Below, in pieces: positions 41,901 to 55,454 of a DNA stretch of 64,000 nucleotides. Source of the DNA: the human T2T-CHM13v2.0 reference genome, Homo sapiens. The stretch lies in the NCBI RefSeq assembly GCF_009914755.1, contig NC_060926.1. One strand, written 5' to 3'. Below the pieces are notes generated by a model. The model saw nothing but the letters and a program-made list of their open reading frames with translations, had not been told where the DNA came from and did no database searches. Each line of letters starts with the position of its first letter. Position 1 is the stretch's first letter. A program made the translations under genes and the position numbers.

Positions 41901-44900
41901 TTGGAAAAGTAGGTGATAGTTAAATGGTGTTTGTTTCCAAGGTAATTCAATTCAATCAATTATTTGAGTTTGTTTCACGTCTTTTCTTGCAGTGAGGAAA
42001 AACTGTAATGTGGGTACAAAGTTTTAGTGTTCAGGAAAGATTGGCTTTGACCTTAAAGAAAGCAGAGGCATTGGGATTTCTCTCAAACTATGTTAGCTGT
42101 GTTGACCATTATTAAAATTAAGTGGCATTCATTTGGATTAAGTAGTAACAAAAATGTGAGACTTTCTAGTGATTTTTGATCCCAGGCTGTCCCACAGTTG
42201 GGCCTTCATGTGTGTACTGGAAAACAAACTATGCACAAGTGTGTTGCACTGGTTTGAAGATTCTAGTGGTGAAAGTTACCTAATCAGTTGTCAGTACTAT
42301 ATCTAGAAACCAATCTTAGAAATATTTTAAAGGATAATACTCTTAAAATAGCTGAAAAGAAATTACTGTGTGCTTACTTTCACTTTGTTCCTGTTTTGCT
42401 ACATAATATTTAAATGAAAGGAGATTATTTATCCTCATACTGAATTTCCAAGAGTGATATTTACTTTTACCAGTTTTTAAATGGTGAAGAAAAAAGTTAA
42501 TTGTCATACTTTCATAAGTTTGGCATAGGGCCTATTACATATTTGATGCTTTTGATCACAGTTCTGTCACTAGAATGCTAGCAATTAGATATATGCAAGG
42601 AGTAACCTAATCACTTTAAAACAGTGATTTGAAGTGCTGCAGATGGTAACTACTGGACACCAAATCACAGTGTTCTAATTTGTGACATGTTAGAGAAAAT
42701 GATAGGACTTTCTGTGGTATAAGTGTCCTAATAACTAATCCTTGTGCTGTTAAGTTACAGGGCTTTGACTCCTGGGTCAGAAAAATGCACCTACTCCTGC
42801 TATATCTTGAGCATTTATCTTTGTGAAAGTCTCATTTTCAGACCCAGGAGAAGGTGACAATCAAAACCAACTGCTTTTATGAGACACAGGGCCAGAAATT
42901 AAAACCACTGAATCCCTCTAGGCCTAGGGACTATCACATAAGAGGTGGGCACAAGATTGTAAGGGCCACTTTTGAGGGATAAAATTAGTTCAAAGTTTTT
43001 CTATAAATTAAACATTAATATCAAAAGCACATTGATGCAAGACCATCATCTGGGCTCTTCTGTTGGAATAACAGGATTTTCTTGAAGTGTTGATCTGCTC
43101 TCTAACAGAAAATTATAAAAGTTTACAAAAGTTTTATGGAAATCATACCTTATGGTCAAACTGATTAAAACTAGATACATTTGTTTATAAGGTTTTATTA
43201 ACACTAGCTTGTAACATTAATCATACACCATACCAATGTAAAATTTGATTTTCTCTTTTGAACAAAATATTTGTGTAATATTAATAAGAGATAAAAGATT
43301 TTTGTTTAGCTTTTGAGTAAACTGCAGGGGAAAAAAGAAGGGCAGAGAGACATTTAGTTGGCCTCATGCTGCCTCTGTTAGGTCTTATTGTTTGGAAAAC
43401 TGAGTCTGCTCTCTATCAAAAGATAAAACTTTTAGTTTTATCATTTTGACTTGGCATGTTAGAATTATGCAGGAAGCATTGTCAAATCTGAGGTGGAGTT
43501 TAACTTCCTTTGGGTTATCTTTATATAGATGTGATGTTAATATGCATTCCAGAATTGCATGAATTCCTAAAATTCTGATGTGTCTTAATATATGTTGTCA
43601 GTAATAATTATGATTATTATGTTAAATTGTTGTATGGCACAGAGATAACCAATTTGCCTTTGTCAACTGTGTCTTTATGGCTGTCTTAAGATGTTTGTTA
43701 TCTGCAATTTTCATCGTTGTTTTGCTTTGATTCTTCTCAAAACATGACTTACAATCAGCTACAGTCCAGGGCTTGCTTCTTTGTTGAAGTCCATGCAAAT
43801 GACTCTTGAACATAGGTTTCCGACAACTTTGGAAATTGTGCCATTGAATCAGAGAGAAAACTTCCAGGACATTAATTGAAAGGCTAGTATGTTCATAAAG
43901 ATTGTTAACCCAATACGAAGCAGACCAGGAGCTGATTGCATGGACTGAACTAATAGAGGAGTAAAATAATTTTATGGCTTTTTAAAAATTTGAAACATTG
44001 CTGCCTTTAATAATTGAGTAGAGTATAGGTTTGCAAACAGAATTTGAGGCACATTTCTCTCTATGCCTAATTTCGCCAGAATTTATAAACTACTTGTGAA
44101 TATTTTTAATTCATGGCAATGTGTTTCTTTGCGTAAGTTCAATAAGAATCTGTTTTCTTGCATAATGGGACGCAGTTGGAGGAACTAGTTATTTTCCCAG
44201 GGCTTTGACTCAAATGACCTTCTGAGAGGTTCCAGCAAAGACAATTTCAGAGAACCTACATGGACAATGATTCTTGCTCCACTTTGTGTGGGTAATCAGG
44301 CCAAGTGTATGGGATTGAAGCTTACTTTGTAGGCAGGTTGCGTCCTGCTATGGTTTGTCTTTAGCGAACTTGGGGGACTGGAGAGAGAAAGACTGTACTT
44401 CAGAAGAAAACTATAGTATTAGATTAACTTTTGATTCCTGGGTGGCCACGTGGTCACCCATGATATGGAGCTGCCCGTAACACCCCTCATCAGCATGAAG
44501 CAGCCAGAAATATTGATACCAGATTCTGCATGATTGAGGAATTTATAAATAGAAAAGCAGGGACTGAAACTGATCCAATTGTCCCATAGAGCTGATGTTT
44601 ATGGTTTCTTTGAATAAACATAGAAATTGATCCTCCCAGTCTTAAAACTTGAGAAAGTTACATTTATCTTATCTGACTTCCTGTCTCAGGAACAAACTAT
44701 CAGGCCTCCCAGATAGTATAATGGAGCCGAAACTCACCATATCACTGCATTTGGACAATGAAACACCAGACCCCTCACCCACTAAGACTGGGTAACTGGC
44801 CACTTGCTTCCTGTTAACCAACTCCTCTTCCTTACCCCTCCCTAATTTCTATTTTCCCACATGTGGTTACATTTCTTCCCTGCTATATAAGCCCCTAATT

Positions 44901-45094
44901 TTAGTCAGTCAGGAAGATGGATATGAGACTGATCTCCTGTATTTTTGGTTGTAGCACATAATCAAAGCCTTCTTCCTTGGCAATACTGAAAAAAAAAAAA
45001 GATTAGCTTTCTGTGTGGTGAGCAGCAGCATCTGACTGAACCCCTGTCGTTTTGGTAGCAATAGTAGAAAGTCAAACTCCAGGCTTCTGTCTAC

Positions 45095-45430
45095 TGTGGC
45101 TGATACAATGTAGTTTTGAACATATGCTCACATCTTCCTAGGCACAAGCAGGTATACATTTCCCAGCCTCACTGTAGCTATGCTGGGCTTATGTCATTGG
45201 ACTGAACTGATAAGTCACTTCTAGGCTTAATTACTGAAACTATCTCTTGTGATCCTCAGTTCTTTCTGTTCTTACTGCAGTGATCTTGGAGGGTGTGTTT
45301 CAAAGGGAAAAATAGTTTCAAGACAGAATAGGGTACCCTACATAAGACCGACTTGAATAACAAACCTTGTTAAGCCACTGACACTTGGAAATTGGTTTGT
45401 CACTGTAGCGTTACATGTTATATCCTGATT
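45095..45430 (+). mobile_element. MLT1J/H-type LTR
   Basis: tacatttcccagcctc..aaaccttgttaagccactgac..gtttgtcactgtagc. Confidence 0.7.
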
Positions 45431-45455
45431 AATAACCATCTCATTTTCCTTTTAG

Positions 45456-45540
45456 TGCAGCAATTAGGAGACACTATCAAACACCACCTGCCAAAATGAG
45501 GAAATGCACCCAACTTCCCGTGTGGACACTTGCAGGATGG
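45456..45540 (+). pseudogene. Candidate exon (AAIRRHYQTPPAKMRKCTQLPVWTLAGW in the open frame)
   Basis: Acceptor ctcattttccttttag, donor TGG|gtgaat, 85 bp; reading frame uncertain. Confidence 0.4.
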
Positions 45541-46079
45541 GTGAATTGGGAAAAGAGGAACTGGTACAGACAAGATGGTGGGGCTCCATTGCAACTGGAC
45601 AGAGAGGTATAGGAAGCCTGGAGAGTGCTGAAGACAAAAGATCATGGGAACCAGAGGTCTTAGAACATTTAGCCAACCTTCCCTTTTTATCGCTGTAGTA
45701 AATTGAATATTTTTGTGTGATAAGCGTAGGCAGTTTTAGGCATGGCACATAGGATCAGGGTGCTGTGAGAAAGTTTCTTTCTTTCTTTCCTGGGGACTTT
45801 TTAGATCACAGTGTCCAGTATTTGCCAGACAACTCAGAGACTCCTCACTACTCACCATGTGTCAAATGTAAGTCCAAGAATTGAGCTAACCCAAAGTGAA
45901 GAATTTATAGGATAAAAAGGAATTAAAAGTCAACTCAGATAATTTAGAAAAGGAAATGTAGTTACCCTTTATAATACAGAAAATTTTAAAAATTATTTGT
46001 AAAGGACAAGAACATACAAATATAGCTAGAATTAATGCCCACTATCTGTCCATGTAGTACATATTTAGCATTTAGAAAT

Positions 46080-46440
46080 TAGTAAAAATTAAGTAAATGG
46101 AAGGCAGATGGTGAGAGCCAGGTGGTATCTCTCCATTGGAGTGGGAGGTTACAGATCAACAAGCAGAGAGGCCTGGAGTGACCCATGTGGTAATGGGTTA
46201 GAGTCAAAGACATCAGTATGAACCTATGCTCTGCTTAACTCAGACATAGATGGGTAACGCTAGACATATGTAGGCACATGTGTGTATACAGAAATTGGTA
46301 TACACACATTCATTTCCTTGCTCTGTCAGCTGAGAGTGCCTAGAAGCACTGAAACGCTGGTAGCAGTGAGCACAGCTAGTGTTCAGACCTTGGTTTCTAA
46401 TACCATTCTGAAATAGGGACTCAGACTTTTCCAACAGATA
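46080..46440 (+). mobile_element. L1MC/MD 3' fragment
   Basis: gatggtgagagccagg..cttggtttctaataccattct. Confidence 0.6.
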
Positions 46441-46444
46441 CAAC

Positions 46445-49400
46445 TTTTATTTCTTTTTTCTTTTCTTTAGTTTTATTAAATAAGAGTGGTAAGAGAGGAC
46501 ATCTTTGTCTCATTCACAATCAGAGGGGCAAAGCTTCCATTTTCTTACCCATAAGTACCAGGTTAAGATTAGATTTGTGTAGATATTCTTAATCAAGTTG
46601 ATGAAGTTCCTCCTCAACTTGTTCTGATCCTAGCTTGCTGGGAGTTTTCATCAAGAAGAGGTATTGGGTTGTGTCAAATATTTTTTCTGCATCAATTGAT
46701 CTGATCATATGATTTTTCATATTTACTCTATTGGGGTGGTGGATTACAATGCTTGATTTTCAAAAGCCAGTGCAGCCCTGCATACTTGGAATAAACCTCA
46801 TTTATTTGTGGTACATATTTATTTTTATACTTTATTGATTCTGTTTGCTAATATTTTGTTGTGGGTTTTTGCATATATGTTCAAGAGAGATATTAGTCTG
46901 TAGTTTTCTTTTCCTGTAATATCTTACCTGGTTTTGATATTAGGGTAATGCTGGCCTAGCTAGGAACTATTCTTTTTTGCTTATATTTTCTGGAAGATGT
47001 TAGATAAAGTTTGAATTAATTGTTTCTTAAATATTTGATAGAATTCAGCAGTGAGATCATATGCAATTAGTTCATTTTTGGGGGGAAGGTTTTAAGTTAT
47101 TGATTAAATTTTTAATAGATACAGGCCTTTTCAGATTATTTATTTCTCTCAGTGTTTTTGTTTTAAGTAATTGATACATTTTATCTAATTTATCAGATTT
47201 GTGGGTGTAGTTCTTCTTTATCTTTCTTTTATTATCCTTTCACCTTTCATGGAATCAGTACTGATGATCTCTCATTCATCTCTAATACTGGTAATTGGTT
47301 TTCTCCTCATTTTTCTCAGTAAGCCTGGTTATTGGTTAATCAATTTTATTGATCTTTTCAAATAACCAACTTTGTTTCATTGATTTTCTGTATTGTTTTC
47401 ATGTTTTCAATTTCATTTATTTCTGCTTTGATTTTTTTCTTCTTGCTATATGCTTAAATTTCTCTTATTTCTCTACTTTTCTAAAAAGGAAGGCTTAATG
47501 ACTGATTTTCAATCTTTACTCTTTTATAATATATGCATTTAATGCCATATTTTTCATCTAAGCACTGCTTTTGCTACATCCTGCAAATTTTGGTAAGTTG
47601 TATTTTCATTTTAACTTAATTCAAAATATTGTATTTTTAAAATTTATCTTGAGACTTGTTTTATCCATGTGCTAAATTATAAATTCAAAGTATTTAGGGG
47701 TGTTCTTGCTATCTTTCTGTTACTGATTTCTAGCTTAATTCCTGTAATCAGAGAAGGTGTATTGTATTCCATTCTCTTAAATTTCTTAAAATGTACTTTA
47801 GGGCCCAGAATATGAGCATGAGAAGAATACGTATTCTGATGCTGTTGGATGGATTTTTTGTGAATGTTCTTAGATCAGGTTGATTGATACTGCTTTTTAG
47901 GTCAACCATTTTCATACTAATTTTTTTGACCATTTATCTATTACTAAAAGTGGGAGATTGAAGTCTCTAACTGTAATAGTAATTTTGCCTACTTTATCTT
48001 GTAGTTCTGTAAGTTTGGGCTTGCATATTTGATATACCTTGCAAGAGAGTACATCCAGTTGTTAGGTATGTCCTCATTAAATTGTGTTTTGTCTTCTTGG
48101 AGAAGAGACTACATTATCATAATGTAATGCTGCTCTTTATGCCTAAATTCCCTCATTCTGAAGTCTATTTTGTCTGAAATTAAAATAGCTACTCCAGCTA
48201 TTTTGATTAGTCTTAGCATGGTATATATTTACCATCCCTTTATTTTACACTACCTGAATCATTATATTTAATATGGGTTTTTGTAGACAACATATAGTTA
48301 ATGTTTTTAAATCTATTCTAAATGATTATTGGTAGAAATGGATTAATATATGTCATATTTATAACTTTATTCTGTGCATTGCATTTGGGTTTTTGTTTGT
48401 TTCTTTCCTCTTTCCTTGCTTTCTCTGCTTTTTATTTCAATACTTTATATAATTTTATTTTACCTCATTACTTAGCATATCAATTATACAATTATACTTT
48501 AAAAATTTAGTAGTTGCTCCAGAGATTTAAGTAACCTACATTCTTCAAATAACACAGTGCAACTTCCCATGTACAGTTGTAACATTACAACAGACTATTT
48601 CCTACTCTTCTTCTTCATCCTTATATTGCAATTATTTTCATCTATATATATGTTGTAAATACCCAGTACATTGTTACTGTGATTACTTTAGCAGTTATAT
48701 TTTAGATTAGTAAAAAATAATAAGAAAAAAATAAAGATTTTATTTTTATTTCTCCTCCAATGCTATACATTTTAATATGCAGATCTGAGTTTCTTACCTA
48801 TATTACTTTCCTTCTCCTTAAAGAACTTCTTTGAACATTTCTTGTAAGGTAGATTTACTGGCAATAAATTCCATCAATTTTTGTCTGGAAAAAGTCCTTA
48901 TTTTCCCTTCATATTTAAATGATTTTTCTTCTCAATATAGAATTTTAGGCTGGGAAGTTATTTTTTCAGTAACTTAAATGTTTTCCTTCACTTTGTTCTC
49001 ACTTTCATAGTTTCTGACAAGAAGTCCATGATAATTTTTATTTTTGTCTCCTACAGATAAGTTGTTATTTTCCTCCTCTTGCTTCTTTAAATAATTTGTC
49101 TGTGTCTTTGTTTTTCTGCACTTTGAATCCCTTGGTGTAGCTTTTCTATAGAATTTATCCTGCTTGGTATTTATCCGATCTTCCCGTATATGTAGTTTGA
49201 TGTCTGTCATTAGTATTTGGAAACTTATTGACCCTTCTTTCTTCAAATATTTCTTCTGCTTCATTGTCTCTTTTCGTATTTCTATTAATTCAATTACATG
49301 TATGCCACACAGAGATGTCAAAGTCCTTCAGCTTCCTTGAGTTTGACTCCTTTTTGATTTTGGGTTTCCCTATGTGTTCCTCCTCACTAAGTCTGCAGCT

Positions 49401-50095
49401 CTTAGTTCCTACATCTGTAACCCGCTACTACCACACTGAAGCCCAGTTGGTGTGAGTGAACTGAAGCATTCTATACTATTATAGCTAAATGTCAGCCTAT
49501 TATTGGGCATGTGTCTTTAGGCTGTTCATGTTCAGAAGTGTTTTTCTAGTTGTGTGGTTTATTTCTCCCCCTCTGATGAGACAGGCAGGCTAGAGGGGGT
49601 TGGAGTGGGAGCAAAGCTCTTTCCCTAGCTAAGATAGCACTCTGGTAAAGTCATTTCTCCTGGATAGTAGGTCTTTGTTATAAAGAAACTTTGGGTATAT
49701 TTCACAATGATTATTCTTTCTCTCCTCTCTAGTCGGGTTCCTGGAGATAAAACCCAAGAAAAGTGGGGATATTCCTAATACTGCATGCCCAGGAATCTCT
49801 CACTCTCAAGTTAGCTCATGCTCAGCCTTCAGGTATTTGTCAAAATTGCTGTTTAAATGTCCCTACTGGTTTATGGCTGCAGTGGCTTTTCCTCTTGGCT
49901 ATTGAGCTCTTGGCTGTGACTCTGGGTTTTCCGGTCTCTCAGGATTTTGTAGTCATAGTTTGTCTTGCAACCTTAGTTTTATGATGAGTCCAAGAAAAGT
50001 CATTAAGTTTCAGTTTGCTCAGCTTTTTCTTGGTGTAAAAACATAAGTAATAACTTTCAAGGCCTTTCCATGTATGATCTAAAACTGAAAACAAC
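46445..50095 (-). mobile_element. Old L1M (ORF2 5' part, ORF1, 5' region)
   Basis: ttttctgcatcaattg..ttttgatattagggtaatgctggcct; ORF1-like peptide in 48974-49321. Confidence 0.8.
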
Positions 50096-51149
50096 AAAAA
50101 AAAATGAGTGTAAAAGCCATTTTGGGAAATGTTAAAATGTACAAAATGCAAATAAAAGCCATCCAGTCACATCACCCAGATTAAGCTATTATACTATTAT
50201 AAAAATTTTGGCATATTTTTCCAGACTTTTTTACCCTCACATCCTCAAAATTTACTATTATTTTTTCCAAAATAATACATCCTAATTTTAAATAATTAAA
50301 ATAGTGCAAAAAGTTATAAACAAAAAGGCAATGTCACTTGTAATCCTATCAGCCACACATAATATTAATATTAGGTATTTTAGACATTTTTAGTCATATA
50401 CATAATAATAGATTGACAAATAAAATGCTCTTCTATAAGTAAAATCATGTTATTATGGACATGAAGGGGACAAATGAAGGCTGCATTGTTTGCAACTTCT
50501 TGGTCTCTGCTTTGTCTTGAGAGACTTTTGCATTTACTGTACTAGTATTTGCTTCACTTAAGTGTGCAATGTACCCCATTCCCATGGAAAGACCCTCTGG
50601 CTGTGCATCTTACCTCCAAGTCGCCATGTGGTTCTAGGAACTTTGCCCTTTTACCTCATCTAACTACATTGGATTTCTTTATTATTATTATTATTATATT
50701 TGAAGCAATATAAGAAAAAAAAGGGCACAACAAGTAAGATTGCTTCTCTGCAGGACACTTGTGAGGAAATGAGGTTTTTTTCCTAGTTTGTCTTGATGGT
50801 TGCTTGAAGGGTTGAAGTCAAGTCGGGCTTAGCAGACAAAGTATGGTCACGCCAGAACCTTCTGTTCTTGCCACCAGCCCCAGGTTTTACAGGTGGTTGC
50901 TTTAAGCTGTTTTCCATTTTATTTGTTTTATTGTTAATGGTAAATCACTGGTGCCCCTGTGGTACTTTTATCTGATTTTATTAGTTATTAGAAGAGGAAA
51001 ATTCTCTGAAAATGTTTCAATTCATCATGTTAAACTCAAGTCCAATTTTTCCCCATTATAGTTAGCAGTTTGATTAGTAAAATGTTTTTCAAATTTGTTT
51101 GCTCACCATTGGTTTCTGCTCTTAGCTTTTCCATATGTGTTCACTTTTT

Positions 51150-51860
51150 GCTGACACTGTGGTTGATTTTAATCTTTTTAAATTTATTGAGACTGGTTTT
51201 GCGGCCTTAGCTGTGATCTATCTTGAGGAATGCTCTATGTGTACTAGGGAAGAATGTACATTCGCTATTGTTGAGTGGAGTCTGTGTATGTCTGTTAGGC
51301 CTAATTGATTTGTAGGGTGTTCAAATCTTGTATTTCTTTACTGAATTTCTGTCCAGTTGTTCTGTCTGTTATTGTAAATGAGATATTAAAATTCACAACT
51401 ATTATTGTAGAACTATTTTTTTCAATTCTATCCATGCTTGCATCATGTATTTTTGGGCTCCATTATTTGTTGCATATATATATATAATTGCTTTATCTTC
51501 TTTCATTAATATATGACCTTCTTTTTCCTTGCAACAATTTTTTATGTAAAAGTCTATTGTGTCCGACGTTAATATATTAATTAACCCCAGCTCTCTTTTG
51601 GTTATAATTGTTATGAACTATCTTATTTCCATCCTTTAACTTTCAACTTATTTATGTACTGGGGTCCAAAGTATGTCTTTTTAAAGCAGCATATAGCTAG
51701 ATCATGTTTCTTTTTTTAATTTTCTGCCAATAACTGTTCTTTGGTTGGAAAGTTTAATATATTTATACTTAAAAATTGCCAATTAGTGATGACTTATTTC
51801 TACCATTTTATTACTTATATTCCTTACATCTTGTATCTTTTGTGTTCCTCATTTCCATCA
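51150..51860 (-). mobile_element. L1M ORF2 fragment
   Basis: aaatttattgagact..gaagaatgtac..ccagctctcttttggtt. Confidence 0.75.
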
Positions 51861-51865
51861 TTACT

Positions 51866-52235
<370 letters not shown>

Positions 52236-52734
52236 AGTTATGAAATTCAACCTCTATTTTCCTTCCTGGAGCATGCCTTTCTCAATTCTGAGATCCCTGA
52301 TTGTCTCCGTCAGAAAACAAACAAACAAGGAAACAGAACTTGTAGGGAGGTTGATACTAGCAGAGTGTTCTGTGTGGTGCCTGGGGCTGGGGGTGATGCA
52401 GTGGAGGTGCACAGTCTGTCTTGTCAGTGTGGGAAGATGAAGCAGACGCCAGCAGGATCCAGCAGCCAAGGCTCCTGCAGCATCAGTGCTAAGCCAGGGG
52501 CCTGGTGAAGCATTGCAGCAGGGCGAGGAAGGAGAGAACACTGCACTGCCAGCTTCTGCAAAGTTGATCAGTTGCTTCAAAACTCCTCAGGTTTCTTCAT
52601 TCTCCTGCGTTTTGTGCCTCAGAGAAGAGGTCTATGGCCAATGAAATTTGAGTATAGTTGTGATTTGTCTGTCTCTGGATGCTTATAAAATGTTTGACGC
52701 TCATAATTGCAATGCAAAAATGTAGGCAGATATC

Positions 52735-53220
52735 ACTGTCTTCTGATTTCTCGGCTCTCACTCCCGTACAATCCACTTTTTAAATATTAGCCTGGTGAAT
52801 CTCTTTCAAATATAAATTTTATTGTTACCTTCATGTTTAGAAACGTGCAATGTCTTTCATGGCCTTTAGAATAGAACTGGGCTCCTCTCCCTGGCCAGGA
52901 GGATGGGTGTGGCTTGGCTTCTGATGGCCTCTCTGACCCCCTTTCCTGGATCCCCCTGCAAACCTCCTCTGACTCCAGCAGAGCCAAGTCCTGCCTGGTT
53001 GTGCTGCTGGATCATTACCACCTTAGAGACCGGCACTGCTGTTCCCTCTGCTGACATGTTCCACCTCAAGATACTTGGCAGGCCAGATCCAAGCTCCAAG
53101 CTCCTCTCCAAAGAGACATTCTCTGCACAGCCTGCTCCACTCCACTCCCACCGTGTCTGCTGCCTCACAATTTTTCATGTTTCTTCCTATCACCAATCAC
53201 CAGCACTTATATTCTGCCTG
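52735..53220 (+). mobile_element. L2 fragment
   Basis: tcatggcctttagaatagaac..ttctgatggcc..gctgttccctctgct. Confidence 0.6.
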
Positions 53221-54140
53221 TATATACTAAAACTAATGAACTAAAAGTTTTTTGATATCCGTTGTAATTGGTCACAACTTTTCACTCTCACTGGTTATGT
53301 GTATTTGTACTGGATGCCAAGCATTTACATTACTCTAGCTTACCAGTAACTGTGGCTATCTTGTTCTTTTACACGCTTGTGGTCTGTCTCTCCCCACTGC
53401 CCATGAGCTGCCTGGGAGCAGGAAACAGCCTGGCAGCATGTCAGAGACTGCTGGGCATGAACAGCACGGGCCCTCACTAGAGATGTCCCTGGAAAAATGA
53501 ATGACTTCTTCCAGGAGCAGTGTGCCAAGCCCTGCATCTGTAGACTCTCAGAGCTTTTTAAAAAATTAGGAAACACATTTTCTTCCATTATGTCCCCAAT
53601 TGTTGCTTCTGTTATTCCTAACCCTACATTTCTTAGGTTGAATCTCCCTTTTCAGTTCTCAATTTTTAGCATCTTTTTCTTGCATTATTTTTATCTTCAC
53701 TATTTTGATTTTTCATATACTCAACTGTGTATTCTTCTGCCTCTAATGCATCTTTTAATTCTGTTATTTAATGTTGAGTGTCCTCAACTTCTTCCACTAT
53801 CTGTTTCCTTTCCAACTCAGCTTGTCCCTGGACACTTACCTTTTTGTTACATTTTTAAACAAGTTGTGCACTTGCATCCTGTTGAAGACACCAAATGATA
53901 ATGTCTAAATTTCAATTTATTGAAGAAAATCATTTCTTCCTTGTACTTCAACTAAAGCTTTGGGTTAATTTCATTTATTTATTACGTGGGATTTTTTTTA
54001 AAGCTTTGTAAATTTTTTTTTTCTTCACCTTTTACCTAAGGGAAGACCTACTCAGCCTCAATGGGCAGTGCTCTCCACCCAGGTGTTGTTAGTGCCCTCT
54101 TTATCAGAGCTGGAGGAGAAGGGAGCCCGAGGCGTGCAAC

Positions 54141-55115
54141 TGTGTCCAGAATTGGTGGGTTCTTGGTCTCACTGACTTCAAGAATGAAGCCATGGACCCT
54201 TGCGGGGAGTGTTACAGTTCTTAAAGATGGTGTGTCTGGAGTTTGTTGCTTCTGATGTTCAGACGTGTTCAGAGTTTCTTCCTTCTGGTGGGTTCGTGGT
54301 CTCACTGGCCTCAGGAGTGAAGCTGCAGACCTTCGGGGTGAATGTTACAGTTCACAAAGATGGGGCATCTGGAGTTGTTCCTCCCTCCCGGAGTGAAGCT
54401 ACAGACCTTTGCAGGTAGTGTTACAGCTCATTAATGCAGCACAGACCCAAAGAGGGAGCAGCAGCACGATTTACTGCTAAGAGAGAAAACACAAACCTTC
54501 CACAGAGTGGAAGGTGACACAAGCAGGTTGCTGCTGCTGGCCCGGGTGGCCTGCTTTTATTCCCTTATTCGGCCCCGCCCACATCCTGCTGATTGGTCCA
54601 TTTTGCAGAGCATTGATTGGTCCATTTTACAGAGCGGTGATTGGTCCGTTTTGACAGAGTGCTGATTGGTGCCTTTACAAATCTTTAGCTAGAGGGAAAA
54701 GTTCTCCGAGTCCCCACCTGTCCCAGAAGCCCAGCCGGCTACACCTCTCAATGGCACTCGCGGGGGACTTGGCGGCACCTAACCTGGGCACTCAGGCAGC
54801 CCAGAGGGAGCTCATCCCCGGATCAAGCCCAGCAGGCGCGGCCGGCTGCGCCTAGTGCAGGCCCGCGGAGCCCGCGCCCACCCGGAACTGCGCAGGCCCG
54901 CGAGCGCCAGGCGCAGCACCGGCTCCAGCCGGCACCTCTCCCTCCACACCTCCCCGCTAGCAGAGGGAGCCAACTCCGGCCTCGGCCAGCCCCAGAGAGG
55001 GGTCCCCACAGCGCAGCGGCGGGCTGAAGGGCTCCTCAAGCACGGCCAGGGCGGACGCCTAGGCCGAGGAGGCGCCAAGAGCGATCGAGGGCTGCTAGCA
55101 CGTTGTCACCGCTCA
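54141..55115 (-). mobile_element. LTR12 (HERV9) solo LTR
   Basis: Minus strand TGAGCGGTGACAACGTGCTAGCAGCCCTC...GAACCCACCAATTCTGGACACA; perfect 4-bp TSD caac (54137-54140, 55116-55119). Confidence 0.95.
54554..54670 (-). promoter_or_regulatory. LTR12 core promoter: four CCAAT (NF-Y) boxes, GC box, AATAAAAG TATA-like box
   Basis: gattgg at ~54591, 54615, 54639 and 54664; ccccgccc at ~54573; cttttatt at 54554. Confidence 0.75.
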
Positions 55116-55454
55116 CAACTACTGGAAAACATTCAGGTAGGACCTTACTTCTGAATGTAAGTGGACTCTCTGCCTTACTCCATGGCCTGACTCTAAGCTG
55201 GTGAAAAGTATAAAACCTTTGAACACTCAGTGTGCATCGCCCCAGAATGCATCTAAAGGCCTCATCCTCCAGGTATGCAAGCTGTACCTCCTAGGATGCA
55301 GTGCCCTGAACCCCACCCCTACCTGCTGTCTGCAGTCCATATCTGGAGTTTCTAATCAATTTTCATGGACAGGGGTGATGGGGGGGATACAAAGATCAGT
55401 TCTCAGTGTTTTAGGTTCCACATGGTTCTTTCTTTTATGTGTTTATTCATTCAT

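Larger units (their letters stand above)
54041..55136 (+). pseudogene. 117-bp exon (54041-54140 + 55120-55136) interrupted by LTR12: GRPTQPQWAVLSTQVLLVPSLSELEEKGARGVQLLENIQ
   Basis: Long poly-Y acceptor ttttttttcttcaccttttacctaag, donor CAG|gtagga; open and phase 0 to 0 after removing the LTR and one TSD copy. Confidence 0.6.

Noticed and set aside
54590-54670. Regularly spaced gattggtcc..ttt.cagag repeats resembling a CRISPR-like array
   Set aside because: Known LTR12 NF-Y repeat units in eukaryotic DNA; no unique spacers or cas genes
54812-55154. GC-rich ORFs suggesting a CpG-island first exon
   Set aside because: Entirely LTR12 U3 sequence
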